NCBI GenBank assembly: GCA_020060805.1
Contig: JAGUZM010000002.1
Location: 1-36,269, forward strand
From: Deltaproteobacteria bacterium
GTDB lineage: Bacteria > Desulfobacterota > DSM-4660 > Desulfatiglandales > HGW-15
Length of the DNA: 36,269 bases
Direction: 5' to 3'
Made by a program: the position numbers and the translations under genes. A model generated the notes under the pieces. It was given only the letters and a program-made list of their open reading frames with translations, was not told the origin of the DNA and did not search any database. Shown piece by piece: positions 9,374-18,606 of this stretch. Every line of letters starts with the position of its first letter. The stretch's first letter is position 1.

Positions 9374-10228
9374 CTACTTTGATTTCGTGAACAAACCTTG
9401 CGGTTTGAAGATCAATAGAACAAGAACAACGGAAAACGAAATCAGCTCGCTAAAGCCTCCTAAGAAGCTGTATGCAAGATTTTCTATTAACCCGAGCAAA
9501 AGACCCCCGACTACAGCGCCAGGAATATTCCCTAGTCCCGCCACTGCAACAACCAGAATCGCGTATATCGTTGCGTGAGGCCCCATGAAGGGATTCGTCG
9601 GGAGTACGGGAGCCATTACGGCTCCCGCGGTACCCGCCAAAACACAGCCTATACCCATGGACAACGTATACATCGAGTTTACTTTTATTCCCTGAAGTGC
9701 TGCTGCTTCCGCATCCTGCGCTACGGCACGCATAGCCTGCCCTGATTTAGTGACCTTAAGAAAAAAAAACAACGCGACCATGGCAGCAATTGAAATGCCA
9801 AGGACTAGAATTCTATCCCAAGGCATAATAACGCTCCCAAGTGCCACTATACCGTCAACGATGCTTCCCACACTTTTATCCCTCGGCCCGAATATCGCTA
9901 AAACGCCAGTCATTATAATCAGTTGTGCTCCAATCGTCAGTGCAAGGACTAGCATAGCCTCCCCACCGGCACGTACCTTTCTTATAAGGAATCTTTCGAT
10001 TAATATCCCAATAATTCCAGGGACTGCAACACTGAGAGGCATCGCGACTGCAAATGGCAATTCTACTAAGGTGCTGAACACGTACATTCCCATGGCACCA
10101 AGCATGTATATCTCACCATGAGCGAAATTAATAATGTGGGTAACTCCAAATACCAGCGTAAACCCGGAGGCAATAAGCGCATAAATGCTCCCTAGAATCA
10201 GTGAATTGAAAATAACCTGAAGTATCAC
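9374..10228 (-). CDS. livH: branched-chain amino acid-type ABC transporter permease (LivH-like)
   Basis: 284-aa polytopic membrane protein. N-terminal NSLILGSIYALIASGFTLVFGV..INFAHGE is typical of LivH. Confidence 0.9.
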   Translation of the reverse strand: MILQVIFNSLILGSIYALIASGFTLVFGVTHIINFAHGEIYMLGAMGMYVFSTLVELPFAVAMPLSVAVPGIIGILIERFLIRKVRAGGEAMLVLALTIGAQLIIMTGVLAIFGPRDKSVGSIVDGIVALGSVIMPWDRILVLGISIAAMVALFFFLKVTKSGQAMRAVAQDAEAAALQGIKVNSMYTLSMGIGCVLAGTAGAVMAPVLPTNPFMGPHATIYAILVVAVAGLGNIPGAVVGGLLLGLIENLAYSFLGGFSELISFSVVLVLLIFKPQGLFTKSK

Positions 10229-10269
10229 ATCCGGCTCCTACTGTAAGTTATGCGCTTATGCATAAAGTC

Positions 10270-11472
10270 CTATTCCTCGCCCATTGCCTCTATAACCTTT
10301 TCAGCTGGCAAAACACCAAAACTGTGTAGTTCGCAATTTCTAACTTGGGCAATCCCATATGGACTATAAATTTGATGGGAAATCCCGTACGTTTTTTTTC
10401 CAGACCAGCGCAGATGACCAAGTGTTGTTTCAAATTCCATTTTTTCAAGCGTATCTCTTATCATTTGCGTATCTTCAGTAGTCCCGGCCGCCTTTATGCC
10501 ATCAATCAAAATAGGCAGAAAAACACTCCATTTTAGTGTATACGGATCCCAATCTTTCCATCTTGACACGTACTTTTCCTTGAACATTTTCGTAGCGGGC
10601 AAACCCTCGGCCACAAGCGTGTCTGAGAAAATAAAACCTTCGGCATTCTTTTCACCTGCAATCTGACAGAGTTCTTTCACGCTTTGGGGCATAGCCATGG
10701 ACATATACCCTTTATAACCGAGCTGCCTGGCAGACTTTACTATCAAGCCTATTTCTCCAAGTGAGCCGGATCCGCAATCAATATAGTCCGGCTTCATAGC
10801 AAGTAATTTGGTAACTATGGGATAGAAATCCGAAGTTCCGCGAGGATAGTAAACTGGATCGCAGAGCTCGAAGCCGTTCTTTTCAGCGGCCCTCCTGATG
10901 GATGCCGTAGTTGAATGCCCGGTTTCGTCACCGATATCTATCGAACCTACTTTTTTCACATCACTCAGGGTTTCTTTTACCCACTTGTATTGAGAAGGCA
11001 TTCTCTCCGTCGCAGTCAGATATGGCCGAAATCCATACGTGTATCCAGGCCCAATGTTTTTAGGGCTGCTGCCGTTTGCAAAGTGTAGGACCTTAGCCTC
11101 TTCCGCAATCGGATTAAGTAGTATACAACCAGGTGATATTACCGGTCCCAAAATAAATTTAACCTTGTCTCTGAAGATCAACTTCTCGGCAGCAAGCTTT
11201 GCCCCTTCTGCCGTATACTTGCTGTCTTCGATTATAAGGGTGACTTCGCAATTTTTCCCGCCAACGGCTATCCCCCCAGCTTTATTGTATTCTTCCGCCT
11301 GCATTTCCAATGTTCTCTGAAATGGAATACCCAGAGTGGCACCTTTACCGCTCAAAGGCATTATGGCTCCAACTTTAATGGACTCTGCTGCACCGACCTC
11401 CGCAAGGTTCAAAAAAGACGGAAATAGAATACACAAAGTTGTAAATATAAGCCATCCGTGCTTGCTTTTCAT
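10270..11472 (-). CDS. ABC transporter periplasmic substrate-binding protein (LivK/type I PBP family)
   Basis: Start moved to ATG 11472 (AAGGAGG upstream). Has the signal peptide MKSKHGWLIFTTLCILFPSFLNLAEVGAAES, then IKVGAIMPLSGKGA, typical of Leu/Ile/Val-binding-like proteins. Confidence 0.88.
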   Translation of the reverse strand: MKSKHGWLIFTTLCILFPSFLNLAEVGAAESIKVGAIMPLSGKGATLGIPFQRTLEMQAEEYNKAGGIAVGGKNCEVTLIIEDSKYTAEGAKLAAEKLIFRDKVKFILGPVISPGCILLNPIAEEAKVLHFANGSSPKNIGPGYTYGFRPYLTATERMPSQYKWVKETLSDVKKVGSIDIGDETGHSTTASIRRAAEKNGFELCDPVYYPRGTSDFYPIVTKLLAMKPDYIDCGSGSLGEIGLIVKSARQLGYKGYMSMAMPQSVKELCQIAGEKNAEGFIFSDTLVAEGLPATKMFKEKYVSRWKDWDPYTLKWSVFLPILIDGIKAAGTTEDTQMIRDTLEKMEFETTLGHLRWSGKKTYGISHQIYSPYGIAQVRNCELHSFGVLPAEKVIEAMGEE

Positions 11473-12606
11473 AGTCTCCTCCTTTTCGCTTCCAATTATT
11501 GACTTCCCCCATGCCAAGGTAAACTGCAGCACCACAAATTAGAGCAATGCCAGCATTTTTGAAACATCCCTCTTTTCCTCAATGCGTAAAATAAATGATA
11601 TTATTTTGCCAACGCTTTCTTTATCAAATCTCTTAATGGCAAATTTCTCGAATTTGGTTATGATCTCCTCCTCCTTCATTGGATTTCTCCTATCTCCTGT
11701 AGGGAAATCAACTCTGCCACTGTATTTTTCACCTCCTCTCATGCAGATTTCAACACTTGTTGGTCGATTGTCCGGATAAACCTTGTCGAACTCGGGATCA
11801 CCTATGACTTCAACTCTTCCAGCTAATTCGTGGACCATCCGGTCGCCGATTATTTCTCTTGAATATTGATCCGGACTCGCTTCCCCGAAAAGAAGACAAA
11901 TAGCAGCCACATATGGAATGGAGAATTGGCATTCCACGAAGCTGCTGAATTCACTGGTACGGTTATTACCAGTTGAATTGGCCGCCATGGTGTTGGTGCG
12001 GATAGTTACTTTTTCTATCTGACCGGGGTTTATACCATTTTCGCTTCTTATTCTGAGAATCGAATCAGCCGCTCCATGTGTTTGCCTGCAACCACTGTAA
12101 CGCTTTTGGTAAACATCCCTGATGGTGTACGCTTCACCGAGGCCTACCACGATCCTGTTTAGGTTTGGCTTATCGCAGGTAATTGGGATCAGGCTTTGGT
12201 ATCGAGGGGCTACACCTTCCACCGGACATCCTTTAAAACCACTTTCCGCCAGCTTTATTGCCTCAAGCACTGCTCTCGCACCCTGACCGCCGTGGATCGG
12301 CTTAATATTCCACCCACTCCAAAGGTTATCGGCACCACTTAAGGGTGCAATGAACCCAGCTATTCCCAATGCATTTCGAGTGACCTCCGCGTCCATTTTA
12401 AGGAGTTTTGCAGCTCCTACACATGCACCCACAGCGCCCAGGGTTCCAGTGGGCAGATACCCCCTGGAGATGTGTGAAGGATGGACGCAAGAACAGAATC
12501 TGTTGGTGTCAACACCGGTTTGATTTGTCCCTTAATCACCGGAATAAATTGTCCCCTGATAAACGGGTTTGACCTGTGAGTTTGGTTTCCAACATGTCCG
12601 CGATGG

Positions 12607-13386
12607 TTAATGCTGTTCGGTTGTTTTATCTACTGGTTTGTTGGCGCCACCGAGGAGGCCGGCCTTACGCTTCTCTTTGAGCCGGTAGCTTTCTCCTTTG
12701 ATGTTGAGCGTGGTACAGTGATGCAGCAGACGATCAAGAATGGCTGTGGCCAGCACCTGGTCGTTAAAGATTTCGCCCCAGTCCACGAAGCTCTTGTTGG
12801 AGGTAATAATCAGACTCGCCCTCTCATAACGACGGGTAAGGAGCCTGAAGAAGAGCCCGGCTTCTTCCCGGTTCATGGGAAGGTAGCCCATCTCATCAAT
12901 GATGAGAACCTTGGGATAAGCAAAGAGCTGAAGCTGGCGCTCGATGCGGTTTTCCGCCCTAGCTCTGATCAGGCGTGTGATCAAGGACTCCAGGGTGAGG
13001 AAAAGGACCTTGTGCCCTTCCTCCACTGCCTTTACCCCCAAGGCAATAGCCATGTGGGTCTTTCCCACACCCGGAGGACCCAGGATGATGACGTTCTCAG
13101 CCCTATCCACAAAGCCAAGGCCGCTCAACTCCCGGATCACCTTGCGGTCGATGCTGGGCTGGAAAGAAAAGTCAAACTGCTCGATCGATTTGACCCATGG
13201 GAAGCGGGCCATCTTCAACCTGGACTCCACACCCTTTTGGTGGCGGCCCTTCCACTCGGTCTGAAGGGCTTCGCTGAGGAACTCCTTATAGCCGAGGTCC
13301 TTCTTGGAGGCTTGTTCACAGAGGGAATCGAGCTGAAGCACCAGGTAATCCATTTTCATCTTTTCAAGGAGGCTGGCTAGCTGCAT
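12607..13386 (-). CDS. istB: IS21-family helper ATPase IstB
   Basis: 259 aa with Walker A GPPGVGKTH, Walker B LIIDEMGY and the FDF...P motif. Its start overlaps the istA stop by 10 nt, as is usual in IS21. Confidence 0.95.
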   Translation of the reverse strand: MQLASLLEKMKMDYLVLQLDSLCEQASKKDLGYKEFLSEALQTEWKGRHQKGVESRLKMARFPWVKSIEQFDFSFQPSIDRKVIRELSGLGFVDRAENVIILGPPGVGKTHMAIALGVKAVEEGHKVLFLTLESLITRLIRARAENRIERQLQLFAYPKVLIIDEMGYLPMNREEAGLFFRLLTRRYERASLIITSNKSFVDWGEIFNDQVLATAILDRLLHHCTTLNIKGESYRLKEKRKAGLLGGANKPVDKTTEQH

Positions 13387-14564
13387 TGGGCCACCTCCTC
13401 ATAGACGGATAAATCCCGGCGTTCAACACCAAGGGTATCCTGCCACAGGGTTGCATGATGGGCAGGCACTGTGACCCAACCCTCAGAGGCGCTTCGTAAA
13501 CGATGATCGGCGACCTTAACATCACCCGAGTAGATGGAGAGATACCCGTCCAGGCTTGTGTAGGTTGTGACCTCTTCACCACAAAGTTCCGAGGGGACGC
13601 TGTAGCGGTTCCCCCGCACATCGATATACCCATCCCAGTGAACAAATCGGCGCTCCCGGTAGGAGGTGTCGTACCGGACTGTAGGCAGGGGCCCCAGGTA
13701 AGGAGCCTCCCGGGTGAAGCGCTCTGTTACCACCTCTTTGACGGTGCCGTGGACTCTCTGGTCAGCCTCCTCAGCCAGCCACCTCAGGGCAAGCTCGTTC
13801 ATATGATCGAGGCTTTCAAATTGCCTGTAGCGGAGGAAGAAATTATTGGCGACGTAGCCGACCATCCGCTCGTCTTTGCCCTTTGTTCGAGCCCGGTACG
13901 GTCTGCAGGCCCTGGGGGTAAAGCCATAGTGCCCCGCCAAGTCGATGAAGCGGTCGTTAAATTTGACCTTCTCACCGATCCGGTGGCTGATCACGGCAGT
14001 CTTCTGGTTGTCCACCAGCACTTCCTTACTTACACCTCCAAAATGCTCAAAGGCGCGGGCGATCCCTTCGTAGGTATGCTCTGCATCGTTACTGTCGGTG
14101 CACCAGAAGAAAAACTTCCGGGAGAACCCAAGGGTGCTGACGCAGAAATAGACCTTCTTTTCCTCGCCGGCGATCACAGCATATCGCTCGCCCCAGTCGT
14201 TTTGGATCTGGACCCCAGGCTCAGTCTCGAATCGAACCGTAACCCTGCTTTGCCTCAACGGACGCTTGGGCTTTATGTAGTTTCGCAGGATAGTAACCTC
14301 TCCATCGTAGCCTTTAGCCTGGATCTCCCGGAGGATCACCACAGCGTTCCACACGCCTTCTCCGAGGAGTTGATCGATGAAAGGCTTGAACGGATCCAGC
14401 TTGCTTTTTCTCGCACTAGGCCGGTTCCCTCTCGGTGCACCGCCTCTCTTGATGGCGCGACTGACCGTCTTGGGGTGAACACCCAGTTCCGCGGCGATGT
14501 CTTTCTGATAGATTCCCTTCTCCATCTGTGCTTTGATATTCATCCAGTCCCCCTTTTTGAGCAT
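13377..14564 (-). CDS. istA: IS21-family DDE transposase IstA
   Basis: 395 aa. N-terminal HTH (IAAELGVHPKTVSRAIKRG). DDE candidates lie in QNDWGE, VLVDNQK and TKGKDER. Confidence 0.95.
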   Translation of the reverse strand: MLKKGDWMNIKAQMEKGIYQKDIAAELGVHPKTVSRAIKRGGAPRGNRPSARKSKLDPFKPFIDQLLGEGVWNAVVILREIQAKGYDGEVTILRNYIKPKRPLRQSRVTVRFETEPGVQIQNDWGERYAVIAGEEKKVYFCVSTLGFSRKFFFWCTDSNDAEHTYEGIARAFEHFGGVSKEVLVDNQKTAVISHRIGEKVKFNDRFIDLAGHYGFTPRACRPYRARTKGKDERMVGYVANNFFLRYRQFESLDHMNELALRWLAEEADQRVHGTVKEVVTERFTREAPYLGPLPTVRYDTSYRERRFVHWDGYIDVRGNRYSVPSELCGEEVTTYTSLDGYLSIYSGDVKVADHRLRSASEGWVTVPAHHATLWQDTLGVERRDLSVYEEVAQCS

Positions 14565-15070
14565 CGGACACCTCCTGGGTTATTTGGCGATAACCGAAGG
14601 TATCCTAATTGTTCATTTTGGGGGACATTTTATTCCGGTGTTTGGGAGACTTTTATCACCGGCGCTGACAGTTGGAAGATTCGTACCCTACAACCAAAGC
14701 TTCGATTAGGCTTTTGCCGTCACTCCTCCTTTCCTCCGCCAGGGGCAACACCGAGGGGATTACTGTTGAAGAAGGATGACTTGCACCGGCTGTGAAGCCA
14801 TCCTGCATTTCCAGCATCTCTGTTAGGGAACCGCAAAGGAATGCCACATTTTCGCATGTTGTCTTGAAACCAAAACCTAAAGCAGTGGCTTGTTGCATAC
14901 CCCCGAGGTCCCGAACATAACATCCAAGCACTTTACCAATGTCTTTGGCCGACCCGCCAAGTATAACACCGATGGTATCCAGCAAGCACAACTTGATCTT
15001 TTTTATCACGTCACTCGGTATTTCATCGTAATGAAGATTTAGCATGAATGCTAGGTGCTTATCTACGAGA

Positions 15071-16714
15071 CTATTCATTAATAATGCCCTCGTGACGCAG
15101 TTTCTCAGTTATATCAGCACGCAACTTCTCCTTCATTATCTTCCCTCCACCTGAAACCGGAAGCTCCGCCACCATTTCTATCCGTTCGGGAAAGTTATAC
15201 ACAGCTATGCTTTCCCTCCTGAGGAAGGACACTATTTCATCTAAACTCACAACCTCGTTACTTTTCGGTACTACATAAGCGCATATCTTTTCACCAAGAA
15301 CTTTGTCTGGCATGCCCACTATAGTGATTTCAGATATTTTGGGATGTCGCGCCAAAATACCTTCAGTCAATTTAGGATCGACATTCTGACCACCACGTAT
15401 TATTAAATCCTTTAGTCTACCTACAATCTTTAGGTACCCCTTTCCGTCAATCATCCCCAAATCACCCGAATGGTAAAAGCCCTCATCGTCAACCGCTTTT
15501 TGTACGATGCCGTCAATGTGGTAAACCTGAGGGCTCCCTGGGCCACAATAAATTACCTCTCCAACAGATTCAACAGGCAACTCATTGCCGATTTCATCAA
15601 CAATTTTAACATTCATCCCTGGCAGAGGGCGACCCACAGTTCGGCAGATATCTTCGTCCTCGACATCGATGCTGGTAATTGAAGCGATTCCACCGTCATG
15701 CGCTCCATAAACGTTTATCAGTTTCGCCCCTGTACATTCCATTAGATATTTGGCAACGCTTTCAGGCAAAGCGGCTCCCGCAGAAATTATGAAGCGCAAA
15801 CTCCCGAAGTCTAGTCTTTCAAACCTATTTAAAGAGATCAGCTTTGAAAGTTGAGCCGGAACAGCCTCGATGATTGTAGGCTTTTCGGTTTCTATCAAAG
15901 AAATACAAGTCTCAGGATCCCACTGCGCGCCCAAAACAACCTTAGCCGCCGACATCCCCGAAACCGTCAGCCCAACGAGGTTCCCAATCCCTTGTGTGAG
16001 AGGAGATAACAGTAGAATAACGTCTTCTGAGGTAATCTTGTTCTGTTTAATAATCTGGCCGGCAGTGTAGAATCTCATATTAGGTGTGAACCTTATTAGC
16101 TTTGGTATGCCGGTCGTAGTCCCCGAAGTGAGCCCGATAGCGTCTACCTGGCTGGCGTCGCCAAGCGACTCTTTCTCCGCAGCGGACTTCCCACCGTACT
16201 TCTTCTGAATGCTCCTCAAAGTCATATGATTCTGGTGCGATTCCTGGTTCGCGACTATGATGATTTTTGGATAGCCTGTCTCCGTTGAGAGCTCCTCATG
16301 CATCGAGCAGAGGTCGAAATCCTTAATGGTGGAGTATGTGATAATTGCATCCGGCTTCGTGTATCTAAAAACATGCTGCAGTTCCATTTTTCGTAGATTC
16401 ATCGTCAAAGAAAGAGAAATAGCGCCCATTTTTGAAAGCGCGTACCGTCCAACAAAATACTCACAGCAGTTCGGCGTTTGTAGCCCAACAACATTTCCTT
16501 TCCCGATCTGCATGTCCTCAAACGCTACTGCCAAAGTGCTAGCAGCAGTCCTCAATTCCTTGAAGGTCACCCTTTGCCTTGAATCAACAAGTGCCTCTCT
16601 ATCAGGAAATTCTCGGGCATTTCTTTCCAAGTAGTCATGATAGGCAAAGGTACCCCAGTATCCAAGTCTGGTGTACTCTTCAATCTCCTTTGTTTCTCGC
16701 TTTACCTTTTCCAT
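15071..16714 (-). CDS. AMP-dependent acyl-CoA synthetase/ligase (class I adenylate-forming enzyme)
   Basis: AMP-binding motifs LTSGTTTGIPK, YGAHDGG, SGDLG and GRLKDLIIRGGQN. ATG 16714 is preferred over the TTG at 16729. The stop overlaps the prpD-like start by 8 nt. Confidence 0.9.
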   Translation of the reverse strand: MEKVKRETKEIEEYTRLGYWGTFAYHDYLERNAREFPDREALVDSRQRVTFKELRTAASTLAVAFEDMQIGKGNVVGLQTPNCCEYFVGRYALSKMGAISLSLTMNLRKMELQHVFRYTKPDAIITYSTIKDFDLCSMHEELSTETGYPKIIIVANQESHQNHMTLRSIQKKYGGKSAAEKESLGDASQVDAIGLTSGTTTGIPKLIRFTPNMRFYTAGQIIKQNKITSEDVILLLSPLTQGIGNLVGLTVSGMSAAKVVLGAQWDPETCISLIETEKPTIIEAVPAQLSKLISLNRFERLDFGSLRFIISAGAALPESVAKYLMECTGAKLINVYGAHDGGIASITSIDVEDEDICRTVGRPLPGMNVKIVDEIGNELPVESVGEVIYCGPGSPQVYHIDGIVQKAVDDEGFYHSGDLGMIDGKGYLKIVGRLKDLIIRGGQNVDPKLTEGILARHPKISEITIVGMPDKVLGEKICAYVVPKSNEVVSLDEIVSFLRRESIAVYNFPERIEMVAELPVSGGGKIMKEKLRADITEKLRHEGIINE

Positions 16715-16769
16715 CTCCCACACCCCCAAAACTCATGGCCTCGCTGTTGCTGTACTGGCCACGAATGAA

Positions 16770-17903
16770 TTAAAGACCAATCTCCTTTGCTATCACTGTA
16801 TGCTGTATTTCCGATGATCCTTCAACGATGGTGCCCGCACGCGCATCTCTGAAGTACCGCTGCACGTTCGACTCCATCGTATTTCCGTCTTCACCGTATA
16901 TGTCCATCGCTTCATTTGTGACCCACTGCGCCATCTCTGTAGAGAACAACTTAGCCATGGAGGCCTCTACCGACGGTATTCTTCCACTTCCATACAGCCA
17001 AGCAACCTGGTAGTTCATCAATCTCGCTGCCGCTATTAGCGTTGCCATTTCAGCCAGTTTGAATCGAACGGCTTGGGATTTTGACTTAAGCTTCCCATTC
17101 TGTAGCTTGACCTTAGCATACTCACAGCACTCCTCAAAAGACGCTTGGGCAACACCAATATTTCTGGCAGCTACTATAAAACGCCCCCTCTTTAACGACT
17201 GAAGCAAATGCGAGAATCCTCCTGCTTCCTTGCCGATTACATCCTTTTCCGGGACTTCGACATCCTTAAAAACCAACTCCGCACTCTCATTTGAACGATT
17301 CCCAAGCTTATGCAGTTTATTTGCAGAAAAACCGGGCGTCTTTGTATCCACGATAAATAGCCCGATCCCGTTTATTCCTCTTTCCTTTTTGACATAAGCA
17401 GCTACAAGAGCGTAATCTGCAATGGGTCCGTTTCCTATAAACATTTTAGACCCGTTTATCACGTACTTGCCGTTACTGCGAACTGCGGTCGTTTCTATTC
17501 CCTGAACATCTGATCCAGCATTTGGTTCAGTCAATGCGAAGGAGAACACCTTCTCTCCACGGCACGCCTCACCAATAAACTTTTCTTTCTGCTCGCTCGT
17601 GCCAAAAACGTAGATAGGGTAGGTCGCTATTGTTTGCAGGACCAATCCTGTGGCAATTCCGCAGCAAACGCGACCCAACTCTTCAGAGTATATGCACTCA
17701 GATATCTCGTCTACACCTCTCCCGCTATATTCCACCGGATAACTGACGCCGAGAAGCTTCTTCTCACCCATTCGCTGGAAGAGCTTCGTCGGAAACTTCT
17801 CCTGATCTTCGGATTCCTTTACCAGGGGCCTAATTTCTAATTCAACGAACGACCTAATATGCTTTTGAAACTCTTTGTGCTCTTCACTCAATTCGAAATC
17901 CAT
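16770..17903 (-). CDS. acyl-CoA dehydrogenase (ACAD-2, canonical catalytic Glu present)
   Basis: MDFELSEEHKEF..., FALTEPNAGSD, and C-terminal RYFRDARAGTIVEGSSEIQ, which retains the Glu of the YEG-type motif. Confidence 0.9.
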   Translation of the reverse strand: MDFELSEEHKEFQKHIRSFVELEIRPLVKESEDQEKFPTKLFQRMGEKKLLGVSYPVEYSGRGVDEISECIYSEELGRVCCGIATGLVLQTIATYPIYVFGTSEQKEKFIGEACRGEKVFSFALTEPNAGSDVQGIETTAVRSNGKYVINGSKMFIGNGPIADYALVAAYVKKERGINGIGLFIVDTKTPGFSANKLHKLGNRSNESAELVFKDVEVPEKDVIGKEAGGFSHLLQSLKRGRFIVAARNIGVAQASFEECCEYAKVKLQNGKLKSKSQAVRFKLAEMATLIAAARLMNYQVAWLYGSGRIPSVEASMAKLFSTEMAQWVTNEAMDIYGEDGNTMESNVQRYFRDARAGTIVEGSSEIQHTVIAKEIGL

Positions 17904-17929
17904 GGAGTCCTCGAATTGTCAAATGGAAA

Positions 17930-18545
17930 TGAATCCCACCAGTAAACTGGTGGTATCAGGAGGCCCCCCTGGAAGGGGGGTCTCGTACCAACCACCCCGT
18001 TAATAATTTTCAGAGGTCTGAGTTGTCTTGAAGCCTATCTGCCAGTTCTTGGTTTCTGATGTATTCTCGAACCCTTTCTTCATCGAGACCTACTGTGCTG
18101 ACACAGTACCCCGAGCCCAGAATGTGCGCCCCCGGACCATACGACTGCTTTTTGTTCCAAAACTCATTACTTCCGAGGCGCTTTTGCCTTTGAGAAGGCC
18201 TATTACGTGCGCCACGCTGTATTTTGGAGGTATCGAAACGCACAGGTGAATATGATCGGGCATCGCATGTCCTTCCACAATCTCAACACCTTTGATTCGC
18301 GCCCACTGCTTGATCGTATCCACCACGATCTGTCTCTTGGTGCAGTAAAGCTCCTTGCGTCGGTACTTGGGTATCCAGACGACGTGGTACTTACAATCCC
18401 AGATGGAGTGTGCTAGCCTATGAAAGTTCTGATCCATTTGAAATCTCCTTCGATGAGTAGTTGGCGTTCATTGTAGGAGATTTCTTTTGTTCTCGGCACT
18501 AATCACTGGCAAAGCCATTGTTCATACCACTGGCATGCCAGTGCT
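17930..18545 (-). mobile_element. IS200/IS605-family element with inactivated tnpA; ends approximate
   Basis: The tnpA pseudogene is flanked by hairpins: 17936-17953 (ccaccag-taaa-ctggtgg) and 17962-17982 (ggcccccc-tggaa-ggggggtc) on the 3' side. On the 5' side are a perfect 16-bp palindrome cactggcatgccagtg (18528-18543) and tggc-aaa-gcca (~18507-18517). Confidence 0.5.
18010..18437 (-). pseudogene. tnpA: IS200/IS605-family tnpA with a -1 frameshift in a G-run
   Basis: Frame A (18090..18437) gives HVVWIPKYRRKEL...PDHIHLCVSIPPKYSV...GRTFWARG and then stops. Frame B (18010..18243) continues GYCVSTVGLDEERVREYIRNQE. Adding one G to the GGGG run (plus-strand CCCC 18109-18112) restores FWARGYCVSTVGLDEE. 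Confidence 0.8.
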
Positions 18546-18606
18546 TTATTCCTTCAATTAGATTTATATTTTTTTGCTGCCGAATCGTCAGTGATATCAG
18601 TAGCTT

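Larger units (their letters stand above)
12507..14670 (-). mobile_element. IS21-family insertion sequence, apparently intact (2,164 bp)
   Basis: Terminal inverted repeats start with TGTCA: TGTCAACACCGG at 12507, and TGTCAGCGCCGG as the reverse complement of 14659-14670. An internal repeated CACCGGAATAAA(A/T)TGTCCCC box sits at both ends. It is flanked by a 5-bp direct duplication GTTGG (12502-12506 and 14671-14675) and contains full-length istA and istB. Confidence 0.9.
11539..15078 (-). pseudogene. MmgE/PrpD (2-methylcitrate dehydratase) family gene interrupted by an IS21-family element
   Basis: The N-terminal fragment is 14671..15078 (read-through into the IS adds CQRR and a stop). The C-terminal fragment is 11539..12506. 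Removing 12507..14675 joins them in frame (...VVGYESSN-RFCSCVHPSHISRGYLPTGTLGAVGACVGAAKLL...), giving ~456 codons, the normal family size. Confidence 0.85.

Noticed and set aside
12610-14795. Long plus-strand ORFs (256 aa and 430 aa) across the IS21 element
   Set aside because: They run exactly antisense to istB and istA, which carry clear Walker and DDE motifs. The antisense products show no recognisable motifs. These are GC-rich shadow ORFs.
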